Assembly: GCF_006345805.1 (NCBI RefSeq)
Contig: NC_043015.1
Span: 14,136,001 to 14,200,000 of the forward strand
From: Octopus sinensis
Taxonomy: Eukaryota
DNA length: 64,000 nucleotides
Direction of reading: 5' to 3'
Below are positions 1 to 13,812 of the stretch, in pieces (the stretch's first letter is position 1; the number at the start of each line of letters is the position of its first letter). A model generated the notes under the pieces. It was not told the origin of the DNA. It saw only the letters and a list, made by a program, of their open reading frames with translations, and ran no database searches. The position numbers and the translations under genes were made by a program.

Positions 1-759
1 TTGGAACAAAAATTAACCTGAAATTTTAGTGGAAAGTTTTAATTAATGTCACTATAATAAAGAAAGTTTGCATCACAGGATCAAGGGCATTTTTTGATAG
101 GTTGGTATCAAAATGGTTAAATGTGACTGGTGTGTTGGGAGATAAACTGCTCTTGGAAATAAAATCATTCTTATAATGTGTGGAAACTGGTGTGCTCACT
201 CAAAGGGAACCCAGGGCAACCAACTACTGGAACTGCAGTATACATACTTCTTTCATCCATCACTATCATAATTTAATGTCCACATTTCCATCTTGCGTGG
301 GTCAGATGAAATATATCAGAACAGTAAGATATTTGATGCCCTTCCTGTTGTCAAATCTCACCTGTTTCCAAGCAAGTTAATATTTTCCCTTGGCTAGATA
401 TCTTTTTTCATGGAAACTGAAAATAAATACCCTCTTGCTTGTGTGTCAATGATTCTCATTTACAACTATAATGTGATGTCTAGACAATGGTACATCACAC
501 ACACACACACATCATCATCATCATTATCATCATTATTTAGTGTCTGCTTTCCATGCTGGCATGGTTTGGCTGGAACTAGCATGCTGGAGAGATGCACCAA
601 GTTGCAGTCTGGTCTGGCATGGTTTCTATGGCTGGATGCCCTTCCTAATGCCAACCATTCAAATAGTGTAATGGATGTTTCTAATGTGCCACCAGCATGG
701 GTGCTTTTATGCGCCACTGGCATGGGTGCCAGTCACGTGGCACTGGCATTGGCCATGAC

Positions 760-1085
760 TATGATTTCACATGGTTTGACAAGTCTTCTCAAGCACAGAT
801 ATCGCCAAAGGTCTCAGTCACTTGTCATCACCTCCATGAGGCTCAGCATTCAAAGATCATGCTTCACCACTTTGCCCCATGTCTTCCTGGGTATACCACT
901 ACCACAGGTTCCCTCCATAGTTAGAGATCAGCACTTCTTTACACAACTGTCCTCGTCCATATGCATCACATGACCATAGCAGTGCAGTCATCTCTCTTGC
1001 ACACTACATCTAATGCCTCTTATGCCCAACTTTTCTCTTAAGCTGCTCACACTCTGTCATACATGCACACTGTCATGTAGCATGG
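760..1085 (-). mobile_element. 3' fragment of a second RTE-type LINE family
   Basis: Minus strand translates MDEDSCVKKC*SLTMEGTCGSGIPRKTWGKVVKHDL, an RTE C-terminal GRPRKTW-type motif. Confidence 0.7.
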
Positions 1086-1289
1086 CTGTTTGTACACATA
1101 TATATTATGTGTGTGTATTTGTGTATATATCAAAATCATTATCATTTCATGTCAGCTTTCCATACTGGCATGGGCTGGATGGTTTGATAGGAGCTGGCAA
1201 GTCAGAGAGCTGCACCAGGCACCAATTGTCTGTTTTGGCATGGTTTCTACAGCTGGATGCCCTTCCTGATGTCAATTACTTCACAGAGT

Positions 1290-1341
1290 GTATGTATGTA
1301 AATATATATATATACACATATATATACACACACACACACGC

Positions 1342-1379
<38 letters not shown>

Positions 1380-1540
1380 ACATATACACACATATACATA
1401 CACATATATATACACACATATATACACACACACACATATATATACACACACATACATGCATATATATATATATATATATACACAAACACACATATATATA
1501 TACATACACATATATACATATATATATGTGTGTGTGTGTA
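1290..1540. repeat. (TA)n/(CA)n compound microsatellite
   Basis: Direct inspection. Source of the Y/I/H/T ORFs at 1013-1639. Confidence 0.95.
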
Positions 1541-1740
1541 TAAACAGCCTTGATACAAACAAATTGGAGATTGTTGTGTCAAAATGGTATTAAAAACTTT
1601 GTTGCAACCAGCATTAATAGGCTTCGGGGTACAAGGCAAAGGAGAAAAGTGGTTGCAAATATATCACCTGCACTGACCTATATGTATACGCACACATACA
1701 CACACACACTTGCATATAAATACAATATAAATACGATATG

Positions 1741-3682
1741 AAACAATGGAAACAATCAAAAGATCAGTTTGCAGCTGTGTTGAACTCCACCTCAGTCACT
1801 AATGATGATGTCATAATGTCTGTTCTGCAGCACACTCTAATACCGTAACTGTCTCTGGAGTCAACCTTCCTGGAAGTGGTAAACTCTATTAAACAGATCT
1901 CTGCTGGTAAAGTACCTGGCAGGGATGCTATCCCTCCTGAAATTTATAAACATGGGGGACAGAAGATTTTTAAGAAACTGCATGACCTCTTCATAAACAT
2001 TTGGAAGGTAAGACATGTACCACAGGACTTCAAGGATGCCTCAATTCAACATTTGTATAAGAACACAGGAAAGAGAAGTGTCTGTGATAATCATCATGGA
2101 ATATCACTTCTGTCTATTGCTGGTAAGATTCTTGCTTGACTCATTCTTGACAGGATCATCAAATATGTAAATGATATCTATCCAGAATCATAGTGTGGAT
2201 TTCACTCTAGTCGTGGCACTATCAACTTGATCTTTTCCTTCTGGCAGGTCATGGAGAAGGTGCATGAGAAAAATCAAGAGTTGTTCTTGATATTCATTGA
2301 CCCTACTAAGGCCTTCGATACTGTTAGCCAGCATATTCTCTGGAAAGTTCTGAAAAAGCTCAGTATACCTGACAAGATATTGAATGTTATCATCTCCTTT
2401 CATGAGGGAATGAAGGTGGCTGCTGTCATGTCTAATGGGTAATCTTTGACTTCCTTCTATATTACAAATGGCACAAAGCAAGATTGTGTTATGGCTCCTG
2501 TTTTGTTTGTACTCTTCTTTTCAGTGATACTGAAGTATGCTTTTGGCAACATACAAAGTGGTGTCAAATTCCAGTTTCGAGCAAGTGGTGGACTATTCAA
2601 GCATCAGAATTTCAAAGCCAGAACACTGCTACGTACCAGCATCATTTGTGATCTATTTTTTGCAGATGATACTGCACTAGTAGCAACCTCTTTAGAGGAA
2701 GCTCAGAAACATCTAGACCAATTTTCTGCTGCATGTAAAGCCTTTGGTTTGACCATCGGCATAAAGAAGTAATCCACCAAACGTGCGCCCTACTCCTAAA
2801 CAAATATGAGGTGTCAAGCAGAGGCCACTGCTTCACAATTTTCCTTGATGGGAAAAGCCTAAATTATGTGAAGTCATTTACATATCTTGGAAGCAAAAGT
2901 TAATTTGAGTGCTTTCCTTGATAAAAGCATCAACTGTCTTGCAAAGGCAACCAATGCTTTTGGCAAACTCCATCATCACCTATGGGATGAAAGGGGCATC
3001 AAACTTGACACCAAAGTATAAGTCTATAAAGCAGCCATTCTTTCTACTCTCTTGTATGGCTCAGAATCATGGATACCCTATAGGCGACACATTAACCAAC
3101 TAGACATCTTCCACAAAGACTGTCTGAGGACAATCTGCAGTTATTCACTAAAAGACAAAGTTTCTAATACCAACTTGTTTAGCAAGTGTGAGATTGGTGG
3201 AATTGAGAGCTTCCTTATACAATCACAATTGCACTGGGCTGACCATGTGATCAGAATGAGTGACAAAAGAATACCCAAAGTCTTCATGTACAGCCAATTT
3301 GAGAGTAGGCAGAGGAATATTGGTCAACCATGGCTCAGATATAAGGACAAACTGAAGAGTAACCTGTTAGAGATGAAGGTAGCTCACAACACCTTTGAGT
3401 AAACAGCCTTGGTACAAACAAATTGGAGATTGTTGTGTCAAAATGGTATTAAAAACTTTGTTGCAACCAGCATTAACAGGCTTCGGGGTACAAGGCAAAG
3501 GAGAAAAGTGGTTGCAAATATACCACCTGCACTGACCTATAATCCTCATACTTGCAACATCTGTGGCCTTCTTTTCAAATCATTGGCAGGACTTAAATGT
3601 CACATTCGACATAAACATTATGAGTGACAAAGAAAGAGTACGTTGTCAGAGCCTCATATGTCAAAACTGATGGGAGACTCCG

Positions 3683-3735
<53 letters not shown>
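1741..3735 (+). mobile_element. 5'-truncated, decayed RTE-clade LINE (RT, C-terminal C2H2 finger, (CA)n tail)
   Basis: RT motifs GKVPGRDAIPPEIYK, GISLLSIAGKIL, FIDPTKAFDTV, NGTKQDCVMAP, FADDTAL, HWADHVIRM, and CNICGLLFKSLAGLKCH..H. Several stops and frameshifts. Confidence 0.93.
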
Positions 3736-5289
3736 TGCACATATATGTATATAAATATATATGTATGTATATGACAGGCTTCTTTAAGTTTCCATCTACC
3801 AAATCCACTGACAAGGCTTTGGTCATCCCAGGGCTATAAGTAGAAGGCATTTGCCCAAGGTACCACGTTGTGGGACTGAAGCCAAAGATCACATAGTTGG
3901 AAAGCAAGTTTCTCAACCTCACAGCAATGTCTGCATCTATTGCAGTGATATAGAAATAATGTGAAGAGTTGCAATGAGCCCCAGCCTATATAATATTGAA
4001 TAGCTATACTCATCACAGCTTTGGGAATCACAAACATTCTCATGTCAGCCTCTCAGGACCCTCTAATTTTCTCAGATCATCATTATTATCATCGTTTAAC
4101 ATCCACCTTCCATGCTGACATGGGTTGGGTGGTTTCACAGGAGACTACCCCAGGCTACTGTGTCTGTTTTGGCATGGTTTTCACAGCTGGCTGCCCTTCC
4201 TAACACCAGCCGTTCCGTAGAGTGGACTGAGTGCTTTTTATGTTAGGTCAGTTTTGGCATGGTTTTTACAACTGGATGTCCTTCCAAATGCCAGTCACTT
4301 CATAGTGTGGACTGGGTGCTTTTTACATGGCACCAGCATTGGCAGGGTCACCAATTAACTTGCAAGACAAGAAATTTTGAGAGGGGCATTGGAGGAAGTG
4401 ATCTTGTGTCAGATGATGAAAGGTTAGAGTGAGACAGAGAGGCAGAAACAGATGTCTTGCTATAGAGGAGGTATATGTTTACCTGGCCAGAGAGAGATAG
4501 AGGAGGAGGAGGAAAGGAGGAGGGAGGGGAGAGAGAGTGAGTGAGAAGAAGAGAGGTAACAAGAAAGAGGATAGAAACAGGTGTGTTGATTATGAAAGAG
4601 GTATACAAACTTTCTCTGATGTGTGTGTGTGTGTGTGTGTGAAATTACAAGGGATGAAAATTCTACTCTTGTGCCAAATGGTATACTGTTGCAAATAATG
4701 TATAAAAAATCGAAAATTCAGATAATGAGTTTCATGGACAAGTAAATAATTAAAAATACATGTAATTAGTTAATTTAACACAAAATAGAAAGCTCTAAGT
4801 TTAATAATAAATCTCTTCCTGTCCATACAGAAACAGGTATTCCACTTGTATCAGTATGTAAGAGAGATTTGCTGCAAGGAAATGGTGAACAGTCAACAAC
4901 TTGGAGAAGAAGGAGGGGATGTTGTTTAGCCACAGGTCAAAACTGATTGACTATGCCTATGATCAAAAAGTTTCTAGCCATGTAACAATCCTTCTTTCTC
5001 TGTCTTTGACTGCATTATCATTTATCCTTTACTTGTTTCTGTCATTAGACTGAGGCCATGCCAGGGCACTGCTTTGAAGAATTTTTAGTCAAATGTAACG
5101 ACCCCTGTACTTATTTTTTAAAGCTTGGTACATATTCTGTTGGTCTCTTTTGCCAAACTTCTAAGTTACAGGAATGTAAACTTACCACCATTGGTTGTCA
5201 AGTGATGAGGGACAAACACACACACAGCATGTGGGGAATAAACTGTCATCAAAATTAAGCAAAAATGAAAATAACACTGACATCTCATT

Positions 5290-5990
5290 TTAACAGATAT
5301 ATTTACCAAAATTGCACAAAAATATCTTGGAATACTAAAAAGTAACTTTATTCGATAAAATCGCCATTGGCTTCAACCATGGACTCCAGACGACTTTGGA
5401 ACCTCCTGCAACTCTTCTGGGCGGTCTCCTTGTTTAAGTTGGTGAATGCTGCTATAATCCTTGCCTTTAGTTCATCTTTGGTGTTACAAGGAGTTTTGTT
5501 GGTATCTCACTCACCTGTGTCCCACACATAATAATCAAGAGGGTTGCAGTGTGGAGAGTTAGGTGGCCAGATGTTAGGCGTGATGTGGTCATAGAAATTG
5601 CCTGACAGCCATGACTGTGTGGTGTGGTGCAGAGTCCTGTAGTCAGACACAGGGTCTTCCAGTAGCCATCTTCTAGACCCAGAGCAACACTACTCTCTCC
5701 AGGCACTTGATGTAGGCCTCTGTGTTGAGTCTGAGGTTGTGTGGGAAGATGAATGGAGACATAACATTGCCATCACTAGTGATCACTCCAAACCATGATG
5801 TTGACTGGTTGTTTGATCTTTATCACTCTCAGTACATGTCCTCAGATTGCACTGTCCTCAGCTTGACACCCAAACGCTTGAAATGTTTGTATTGGAACTT
5901 CCAGTGTGAATGCCAAGCAGTACAGCATGTCATTTCCAAATTTCTGGCAGAATGAGTTGTGTCATGGTGCTGTTTTTCTCACAGAGGGTG
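5290..5990 (-). mobile_element. Tc1/mariner transposase fossil (maT/DD37D-like)
   Basis: Minus strand gives GVITSDGNVMSPFIFP, QDSAP, IWPPNSPHCNPLDYYVW and TKDELKARIIAAF...FQSRLESMVEANGDFIE*, with internal stops. Confidence 0.85.
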
Positions 5991-6106
5991 CCCAACTGAC
6001 CCTACTATACTGTATAGTCAACAAAATCAAAAACAAACAATGTACATGCGCAAAATTAAAAATATGAAATAGCAATGATTTACTCATCACACTCTGTATG
6101 CATATG

Positions 6107-6145
<39 letters not shown>

Positions 6146-6199
6146 AAACAGTTTGGTACTTTGTGTTTCATGCACAATGCTAGTCATAAGCCATTTTGA

Positions 6200-6640
6200 A
6201 TTTGAATGACAGAAGCTGATTGCAACTGCCAAACCCCACCATGTGCCCTCTAAAAGAATCTTGTCTCTCAAGGGTCGTAGTATACAGTGCCACCCTTATA
6301 CAATCCGATGGTATTACTAAGCACTATACGGGTATGACAGCTAATGCCTTCAAAGCAAGATTCTTCCAGCATATGCACTCGTTCAGATCCAGGGATAGAG
6401 AGAACTCTACTTCCCTGTCTCATTTTCACTGGAGACTCTGTGATCTCCAAGATGAAATACCCAGCATCAAGTGGATTATTGTCAACAGTGCGCCACCATA
6501 TTCACCCAGTGCCCCCAACTGCCAGTTCTACCTCTGCAAAAAACTGCATATCCTCCAACAATCTGCAGTATCCATCAACATGAAATATGGTCTATTATAT
6601 CACTGTCACTAGAGATATGCTCTTCTGGTAAATTTCAGAC
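6200..6640 (+). mobile_element. Penelope-like element GIY-YIG endonuclease remnant
   Basis: CPLKESCLSRVVVYSA...HYTGMTANAFKARF..H.HSFR...NSTSLSHFHW.L...IKWII...PYS....C matches the PLE GIY-YIG C-terminal domain pattern. Confidence 0.85.
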
Positions 6641-7685
6641 CTCTGACTGCTTACAACCTAGATATACCACCTTTGCACCACCTGCACCAAAGTCTCCACT
6701 ACCAACCAACCCCATGAGCAGGACCGCCATTTACCGATCCCCAACGTTTACCAACCCCCAACACTTACCATTTCCCAATACTTACCAATCCCCAATGCTT
6801 GTATGCATGTATGTGAATGCAAATGTGTATGTGCACACACACTGGTATGCATGCGAATATACACATGTGCATATGAATGAATATGCTTGTGTGTCTATGC
6901 ATATACATGTGTGCATGTATGCGTGCGTATGTCTGTGCACATGTGCGTGTTTGTCCAAGTGTGTGTGTGTGCAGATGTGCGCATGCATGCCCATGTACAG
7001 ATGTGCACACTTGCATCAATATACACATGCACGCAAAACTATATGAGCACGTCTGCACACCAACATATAGAACTATATACTTGCACATGCCGCCCCTTCC
7101 TACTTACACAGTAATCCTTCAACTGTCATGGCTGCTATGTTCCAAAACCCCCTGCAATAAGTGAAAATCTGCAAAGTAGAAACAGTACTGTACTGTATAT
7201 TTTTATTATTATTTTTTAATTTGTTGGCGACCCTTGTTGTACTCTTTCGCCTCAACTTTCTCTCACTCTCTCTTCCTGTTTCTTGAGTAACGCTGCGATG
7301 GTCTGGCATCCCATCCAGCTGGGGGAACACATACGCCACAGAAACGGGAAACTGGGCCCATGAGCCTGGCTAGGCTTGAAAAGGGCGACGTTTATTGTTT
7401 TTCTTTTTATATATTTATTTTATCATAAATGCAAAACAACACTACAGAGGAATCGACATAAGCTTAAATAATAAACTGCGATATGGTGAGGGATTACTCT
7501 ATATTGAGTCATTCCATAAATAATGTGTATTTTTTCAATTGCATGAACTAAAAGTCAGAGGGGGACAGGATAAACTATCCGCATCAACTTACTATAAAAG
7601 CAGGTAGTAATTTTACCTTGTTATTATTCTTAGAGCAAGTTTTGAAGAGTGCAGTACAATTTTAAGTTATTTTTTCAAAGCTATA

Positions 7686-8135
7686 ATGGAAGTGACAAAG
7701 GAGCATATTCAGCATATTTTACTTTATGAGTTCAATAAAGTCAACAACGCAACGGAAAGTGCAAGGAATATTAATGTGACAATAAGCATAAGCCAGGGCC
7801 AATGGTGGTTCCAGAAATTTGAGCCAGGAACTACAGCCTAGAAGACAAGCCTCATCCTGGAAGATCTGTAGAGCTTGACAAGGACGTTCTACAAACCCTG
7901 GTGGAACAAAATCCCATTGTAACTTTTGAGTAACTAGCAGAGAAGCTTGGATTTGGTCAGTCAATCATTCATCGGCGCTTGTGTGCCTTCGGAAAAGTTA
8001 GCAAATTGGGTCAATGGGTTCCTCACTAACTTTCCAAGTGTAATTGCACACAGAGGGTAAATGTGTGCTCTTCTTTGCTGTCATGCCTCATGAATAAACC
8101 TTGTTTGGACCAAATAGTGATTGGTGACAAGAAAT
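7686..8135 (+). mobile_element. Mariner transposase fossil (N-terminal half)
   Basis: ATG at 7686, then LYEFNK..NATESARNIN, WWFQKF, YSLEDKPHPGR, LGQWVPH*L (the WVPHEL motif) and DQIVIGDKK, with frameshifts and stops. Confidence 0.85.
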
Positions 8136-9264
8136 GTCAAGCACAGAATATTGCACATCCAGCTATGTGCAAAATTCTGCCTGTTTTATGCACAAAATGG
8201 CCAAATTTGGCATCTAATACCCTACAGTGTCATTCTAAAACGAAACAGCCATATCATCAAAATCTCAAAGCTACAAGATAATACATGATAAATTTTAGAT
8301 TTAACAAAGTGATCTGAATGCTAAAGGCTCCTTTGCTAGTTTGTGGAGTGCATGTGATAAAGATTAAAGAATTTCTGATATTGAAATGGAGGAATCATAT
8401 TGGTTATGTGGTTGGTGAAGGTTCTGGATGTAGGATATGTCATATGTAGGATATGTCATATGCAGGATGTCTTAGAATTAACTATCTATTTCAGTAAAAT
8501 AAAGGTTTGATGTAAGATTTGTACATCAATTTGTTTTGGTATTACAATTAAGTAATAAAAGTATTAAGTATTACAATTAAGTAATAAAAATAAAATTCTG
8601 TCAGTTGTTTTTTTTTAAATTTGCCCGATTTCATTGAAACCGATAGTTAATTCTAGAACACCCTGTTTAAGCAAAAAGGAAAAAAATTAAATATTCTATA
8701 CCAATTTAAAGACAAGAGAAAATAAAACTAGATGTTCTGCATTGCAGTAAGACTTCTCATGCAGTCAATTATACAACTGAAATATTTTTATCGTTGGTTT
8801 CTGACTTTCTGACAACTATAAATTCTCCTAATATATTAGATTACTCCAGACAAACTGTTTATCATCATAAATCTTTACTAATCTATATCATATCAATGTA
8901 GTTTAAGACATGATGTTTTGTAGCATTGAAAGTATTTCCTATTTACTTATTTGTATCCCTGTTCTGAGAATTGATCAAGGACATCAAGAATTGAAAGTCC
9001 ATTTTAAAACTTACATATGACTATCTAAAACCTCAATTTTGGGTTTGATTGGATGTATTTCATCTGAGATTTTCAATGACCACTCCAATGAGAATGCTGA
9101 TGTTGTGTGTTAGAAATTTGATAGATCAAAATACAAATGAATAAACAGATTTTTTAAAATCTGCTGTTCTCTGCAAAGTGTCAGTAGTCCTAGAGCTTAC
9201 ATTTTCTTTCTTCAAGAAAACAGGAACACACACACACACACGTATCTATGTATGTGTACATTAT

Positions 9265-9308
<44 letters not shown>

Positions 9309-10407
9309 TGTTCTATACCAATGAATAAAATCTATTTAATCTGAACCACATGTTTTTAGTTACATTTTCATATGAATCTAATACAGCTGCTAGTAAGATT
9401 AAAAAATAAATGAATTATTGACATTTCATAAATGCTTTGAAGATAGATATATGGATCTCCTTTTGTCTGGGCACACTGTTCTATATTTGTAGGTAAAATG
9501 AAATGGAATGTTGTAACATTCAGGCCTCTACCTCTCCAAGGATATTAGTTATATAAGTGAAGTAAAATGACTTCAAATGGGGAACATAAATGTCGATTTA
9601 CAAAGTCTAGTAGAGGACAAATTAACATTTACTATTTAAAGGCATCATGTTTATAAAGATTTGTCTTAAAATAAATCTAAAGGGTAATAGTAACAGTATG
9701 TTTAGAGAGTGTGTTGTTCTTCAGACAAAAGACAATATATAATATTGTAACCCAGTATTTAAAGGTTGATAGTAATTATCATGTTTCAGGTTAAGAACCA
9801 TTGACAAAGAGCTGACAGTCGCTCTCTTGTTGGTTTGTCGATGATTGTCCTACACTGAAATTCACTAAAAAAAGAAATTAGATAAAGCAAGAAATAAAGC
9901 AATTTCAATTGATTTATTATACACACTTACTCAGCAAATCTGTAAGTCTTATACTGGTAGCTGGATCATCATCGTTATTCAATGTTTAGTTTTCCATGCT
10001 TGCATGGATCAGACAGAATTTGTTGAGGCAGATTTTGTGTGGACAGATGTGCTTCATGTTGCCAACTCTCATTTGTTTCCCATGGACAGACATGTTTTTC
10101 AAAAAAGACTGGAAACAAACAACATTGCTTGAATGATGGTTGTTGTTCATTTATATTATCATCACATGATGTAAGGAGAAAGGTACGAGTTTGAGTGTTC
10201 AGAAAACGTTGATGTTTCACTCCATCTCTACTTAGAGTTTCCCCACATCAAAAGTGGATCAAGATGAATGACTGCATTTTGGTGGGAGAACTCTGAGTAG
10301 TGATAGAGTGAATCATCAGCTGTTCACAAATATGCAAAAAGCAAAAAAAAAAAAAAAATCAGGTGGAACTGTGACTAAAAGTATCTCAGGGAATAAATAA
10401 CATGTTG

Positions 10408-13400
10408 ATACCATTTAAAAAGCATTGGTGTTGGTACCACATAAAAAGCATTGGTGCTGGTGCCACATAAAAAGCATTGGTGCTGGTGCCACATAAAAAG
10501 CATTGGTGATGGTACCACATAAAAAGCATTGGTGCTGGTACCACATAAAAATCATTGGTGCTGGTGCCACATAAAAAGCATTGGTGTTGGTACCACATAA
10601 AAAGCATTGGTGATGGTACCACATAAAAAGCATTGGTGCTGGTACCACATAAAAATCATTGGTGCTGGTGCCACATAAAAAGCATTGGTGTTGGTACCAC
10701 ATAAAAAGCATTGGTGCTGGTACCACATAAAAAGCATTGGTGGTGGTGCCACATAAAAAGCATTGGTGCTGGTGCCACATAAAAAGCATTGGTGCTGGTG
10801 CCACATAAAAAGCATTGGTGGTGGTGCCACATAAAAAGCATTGGTGCTGGTGCCACATAAAAAGCATTGGTGGTGGTGCCACATAAAAAGCATGGTGGTG
10901 GTGCCACATAAAAGCATTGGTGGTGGTGCCACATAAAAAGCATTGGTGCTGGTGCCACATAAAAAGCATGGTGGTGGTACCACATAAAAAGCATTGGTGC
11001 TGGTGCCACATAAAAAGCATTGGTGGTGGTGCCACATAAAAAGCATTGGTGCTGGTGCCACATAAAAAGCATTGGTGGTGGTGCCACATAAAAAGCATTG
11101 GTGCTGGTGCCACATAAAAAGCATTGGTGCTGGTGCCACATAAAAAGCATTGGTGATGGTGCCACATAAAAAGCATTGGTGGTGGTGCCACATAAAAAGC
11201 ATTGGTGATGGTACCACATAAAAAGCATTGGTGCTGGTGCCACATAAAAAGCATTGGTGCTGGTGCCACATAAAAAGCATTGGTGGTGGTGCCACATAAA
11301 AAGCATTGGTGGTGGTGCCACATAAAAAGCATTGGTGGTGGTGCCACATAAAAAGCATTGGTGCTGGTGCCACATAAAAAGCATTGGTGATGGTACCACA
11401 TAAAAAGCATTGGTGGTGGTGCCACATAAAAAGCATTGTGGTGGTGCCACATAAAAGCATTGGTGGTGGTGCCACATAAAAAGCATTGGTGTTGGTACCA
11501 CATAAAAAGCATTGGTGCTGGTGCCACATAAAAAGCATTGGTGATGGTACCACATAAAAAGCATTGGTGGTGGTGCCACATAAAAAGCATTGGTGGTGGT
11601 GCCACATAAAAAGCATTGGTGGTGGTGCCACATAAAAAGCATTGGTGGTGGTGCCACATAAAAAGCATTGGTGCTGGTGCCACATAAAAAGCATTGGTGA
11701 TGGTACCACATAAAAAGCATTGGTGGTGGTGCCACATAAAAAGCATTGGTGGTGGTGCCACATAAAAAGCATTGGTGGTGGTGCCACATAAAAAGCATTG
11801 GTGGTGGTGCCACATAAAAAGCATTGGTGCTGGTGCCACATAAAAAGCATTGGTGGTGGTGCCACATAAAAAGCATTGGTGGTGGTGCCACATAAAAAGC
11901 ATTGGTGATGGTACCACATAAAAAGCATTGGTGCTGGTGCCACATAAAAAGCATTGGTGGTGGTGCCACATAAAAAGCATTGGTGGTGGTGCCACATAAA
12001 AAGCATTGGTGGTGGTGCCACATAAAAAGCATTGGTGCTGGTGCCACATAAAAAGCATTGGTGGTGGTGCCACATAAAAAGCATTGGTGCTGGTGCCACA
12101 TAAAAAGCATTGGTGATGGTACCACATAAAAAGCATTGGTGATGGTACCACATAAAAAGCATTGGTGCTGGTACCACATAAAAATCATTGGTGCTGGTGC
12201 CACATAAAAAGCATTGGTGTTGGTACCACATAAAAAGCATTGGTGATGGTACCACATAAAAAGCATTGGTGCTGGTACCACATAAAAAGCATTGGTGATG
12301 GTACCACATAAAAATCATTGGTGCTGGTGCCACATAAAAAGCATTGGTGTTGGTACCACATAAAAAGCATTGGTGATGGTACCACATAAAAAGCATTGGT
12401 GCTGGTACCACATAAAAATCATTGGTGCTGGTGCCACATAAAAAGCATTGGTGGTGGTGCCACATAAAAAGCATTGGTGATGGTACCACATAAAAATCAT
12501 TGGTGCTGGTGCCACATAAAAAGCATTGGTGGTGGTGCCACATAAAAAGCATTGGTGGTGGTGCCACATAAAAAGCATTGGTGGTGGTGCCACATAAAAA
12601 GCATTGGTGGTGGTGCCACATAAAAAGCATTGGTGTTGGTACCACATAAAAAGCATTGGTGCTGGTACCACATAAAAAGCATTGGTGCTGGTACCACATA
12701 AAAAGCATTGGTGATGGTACCACATAAAAAGCATTGGTGCTGGTACCACATAAAAAGCATTGGTGATGGCACCACATAAAAAGCATTGGTGATGGTACCA
12801 CATAAAAAGCATTGGTGCTGGTACCACATAAAAAGCATTGGTGTTGGTACCACATAAAAAGCATTGGTGCTGGTACCACATAAAAAGCATTGGTGATGGT
12901 ACCACATAAAAAGCATTGGTGATGGTACCACATAAAAAGCATTGGTGCTGGTACCACATAAAAATCATTGGTGCTGGTGCCACATAAAAAGCATTGGTGT
13001 TGGTACCACATAAAAAGCATTGGTGATGGTACCACATAAAAAGCATTGGTGCTGGTACCACATAAAAAGCATTGGTGATGGTACCACATAAAAAGCATTG
13101 GTGATGGTACCACATAAAAAGCATTGGTGTTGGTACCACATAAAAAGCATTGGTGATGGTACCACATAAAAAGCATTGGTGATGGTACCACATAAAAAGC
13201 ATTGGTGTTGGTACCACATAAAAAGCATTGGTGATGGTACCACATAAAAAGCATTGGTGATGGTACCACATAAAAAGCATTGGTGATGGTACCACATAAA
13301 AAGCATTGGTGTTGGTACCACATAAAAAGCATTGGTGCTGGTACCACATAAAAAGCATTGGTGATGGTACCACATAAAAAGCATTGGTGATGGTACCACA

Positions 13401-13632
13401 TAAAAAGCATTGGTGCTGGTACCACATAAAAATCATTGGTGCTGGTGCCACATAAAAAGCATTGGTGTTGGTACCACATAAAAAGCATTGGTGATGGTAC
13501 CACATAAAAAGCATTGGTGCTGGTACCACATAAAAAGCATTGGTGGTGGTACCACATAAAAAGCATTGGTGGTGGTCCACATAAAAAGCATTGGTACTGG
13601 TACCACACAAAAAGCACTGGTGGTGGTACCAT
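10408..13632. repeat. 26-bp minisatellite/satellite array, about 124 units (ACCACATAAAAAGCATTGGTGNTGGT)
   Basis: Head-to-tail units with no spacers. Variation is mostly at two positions, plus a rare AAAATCATT variant and a few 25-bp units. Confidence 0.98.
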
Positions 13633-13812
13633 GTAGAAAAAAAGCACCAAGTACACTCTGTAAAGTGGTTGGTATTAGGAAGGGCATCCAGCCATAAAAA
13701 TCAAACAAAAACAGGCTTTGGGACCTGGTGCAATTCCTGGCTTTACCAGTTCTTTTCAAGCTGTTCAACTCATGCCAGCATGGAAAATGGATGTTAAATG
13801 ATGATGATGATG
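13633..13812 (+). mobile_element. SINE-like element (AGGAAGGGCATCCAGC...CATGCCAGCATGGAAA..TTAAATGATGATG family) abutting the satellite
   Basis: The same family occurs at about 520-760, 4080-4340, 25590-25730, 34145-34355, 38620-38860, 42060-42235, 48850-48995, 51960-52150 and 54040-54190. Confidence 0.75.

Noticed and set aside
6471-7164. His/Cys/Met-rich ORFs
   Set aside because: Degenerate (TG/CA)n microsatellite translations.
10408-13632. CRISPR-like array
   Set aside because: No unique spacers, no cas genes, eukaryotic context.
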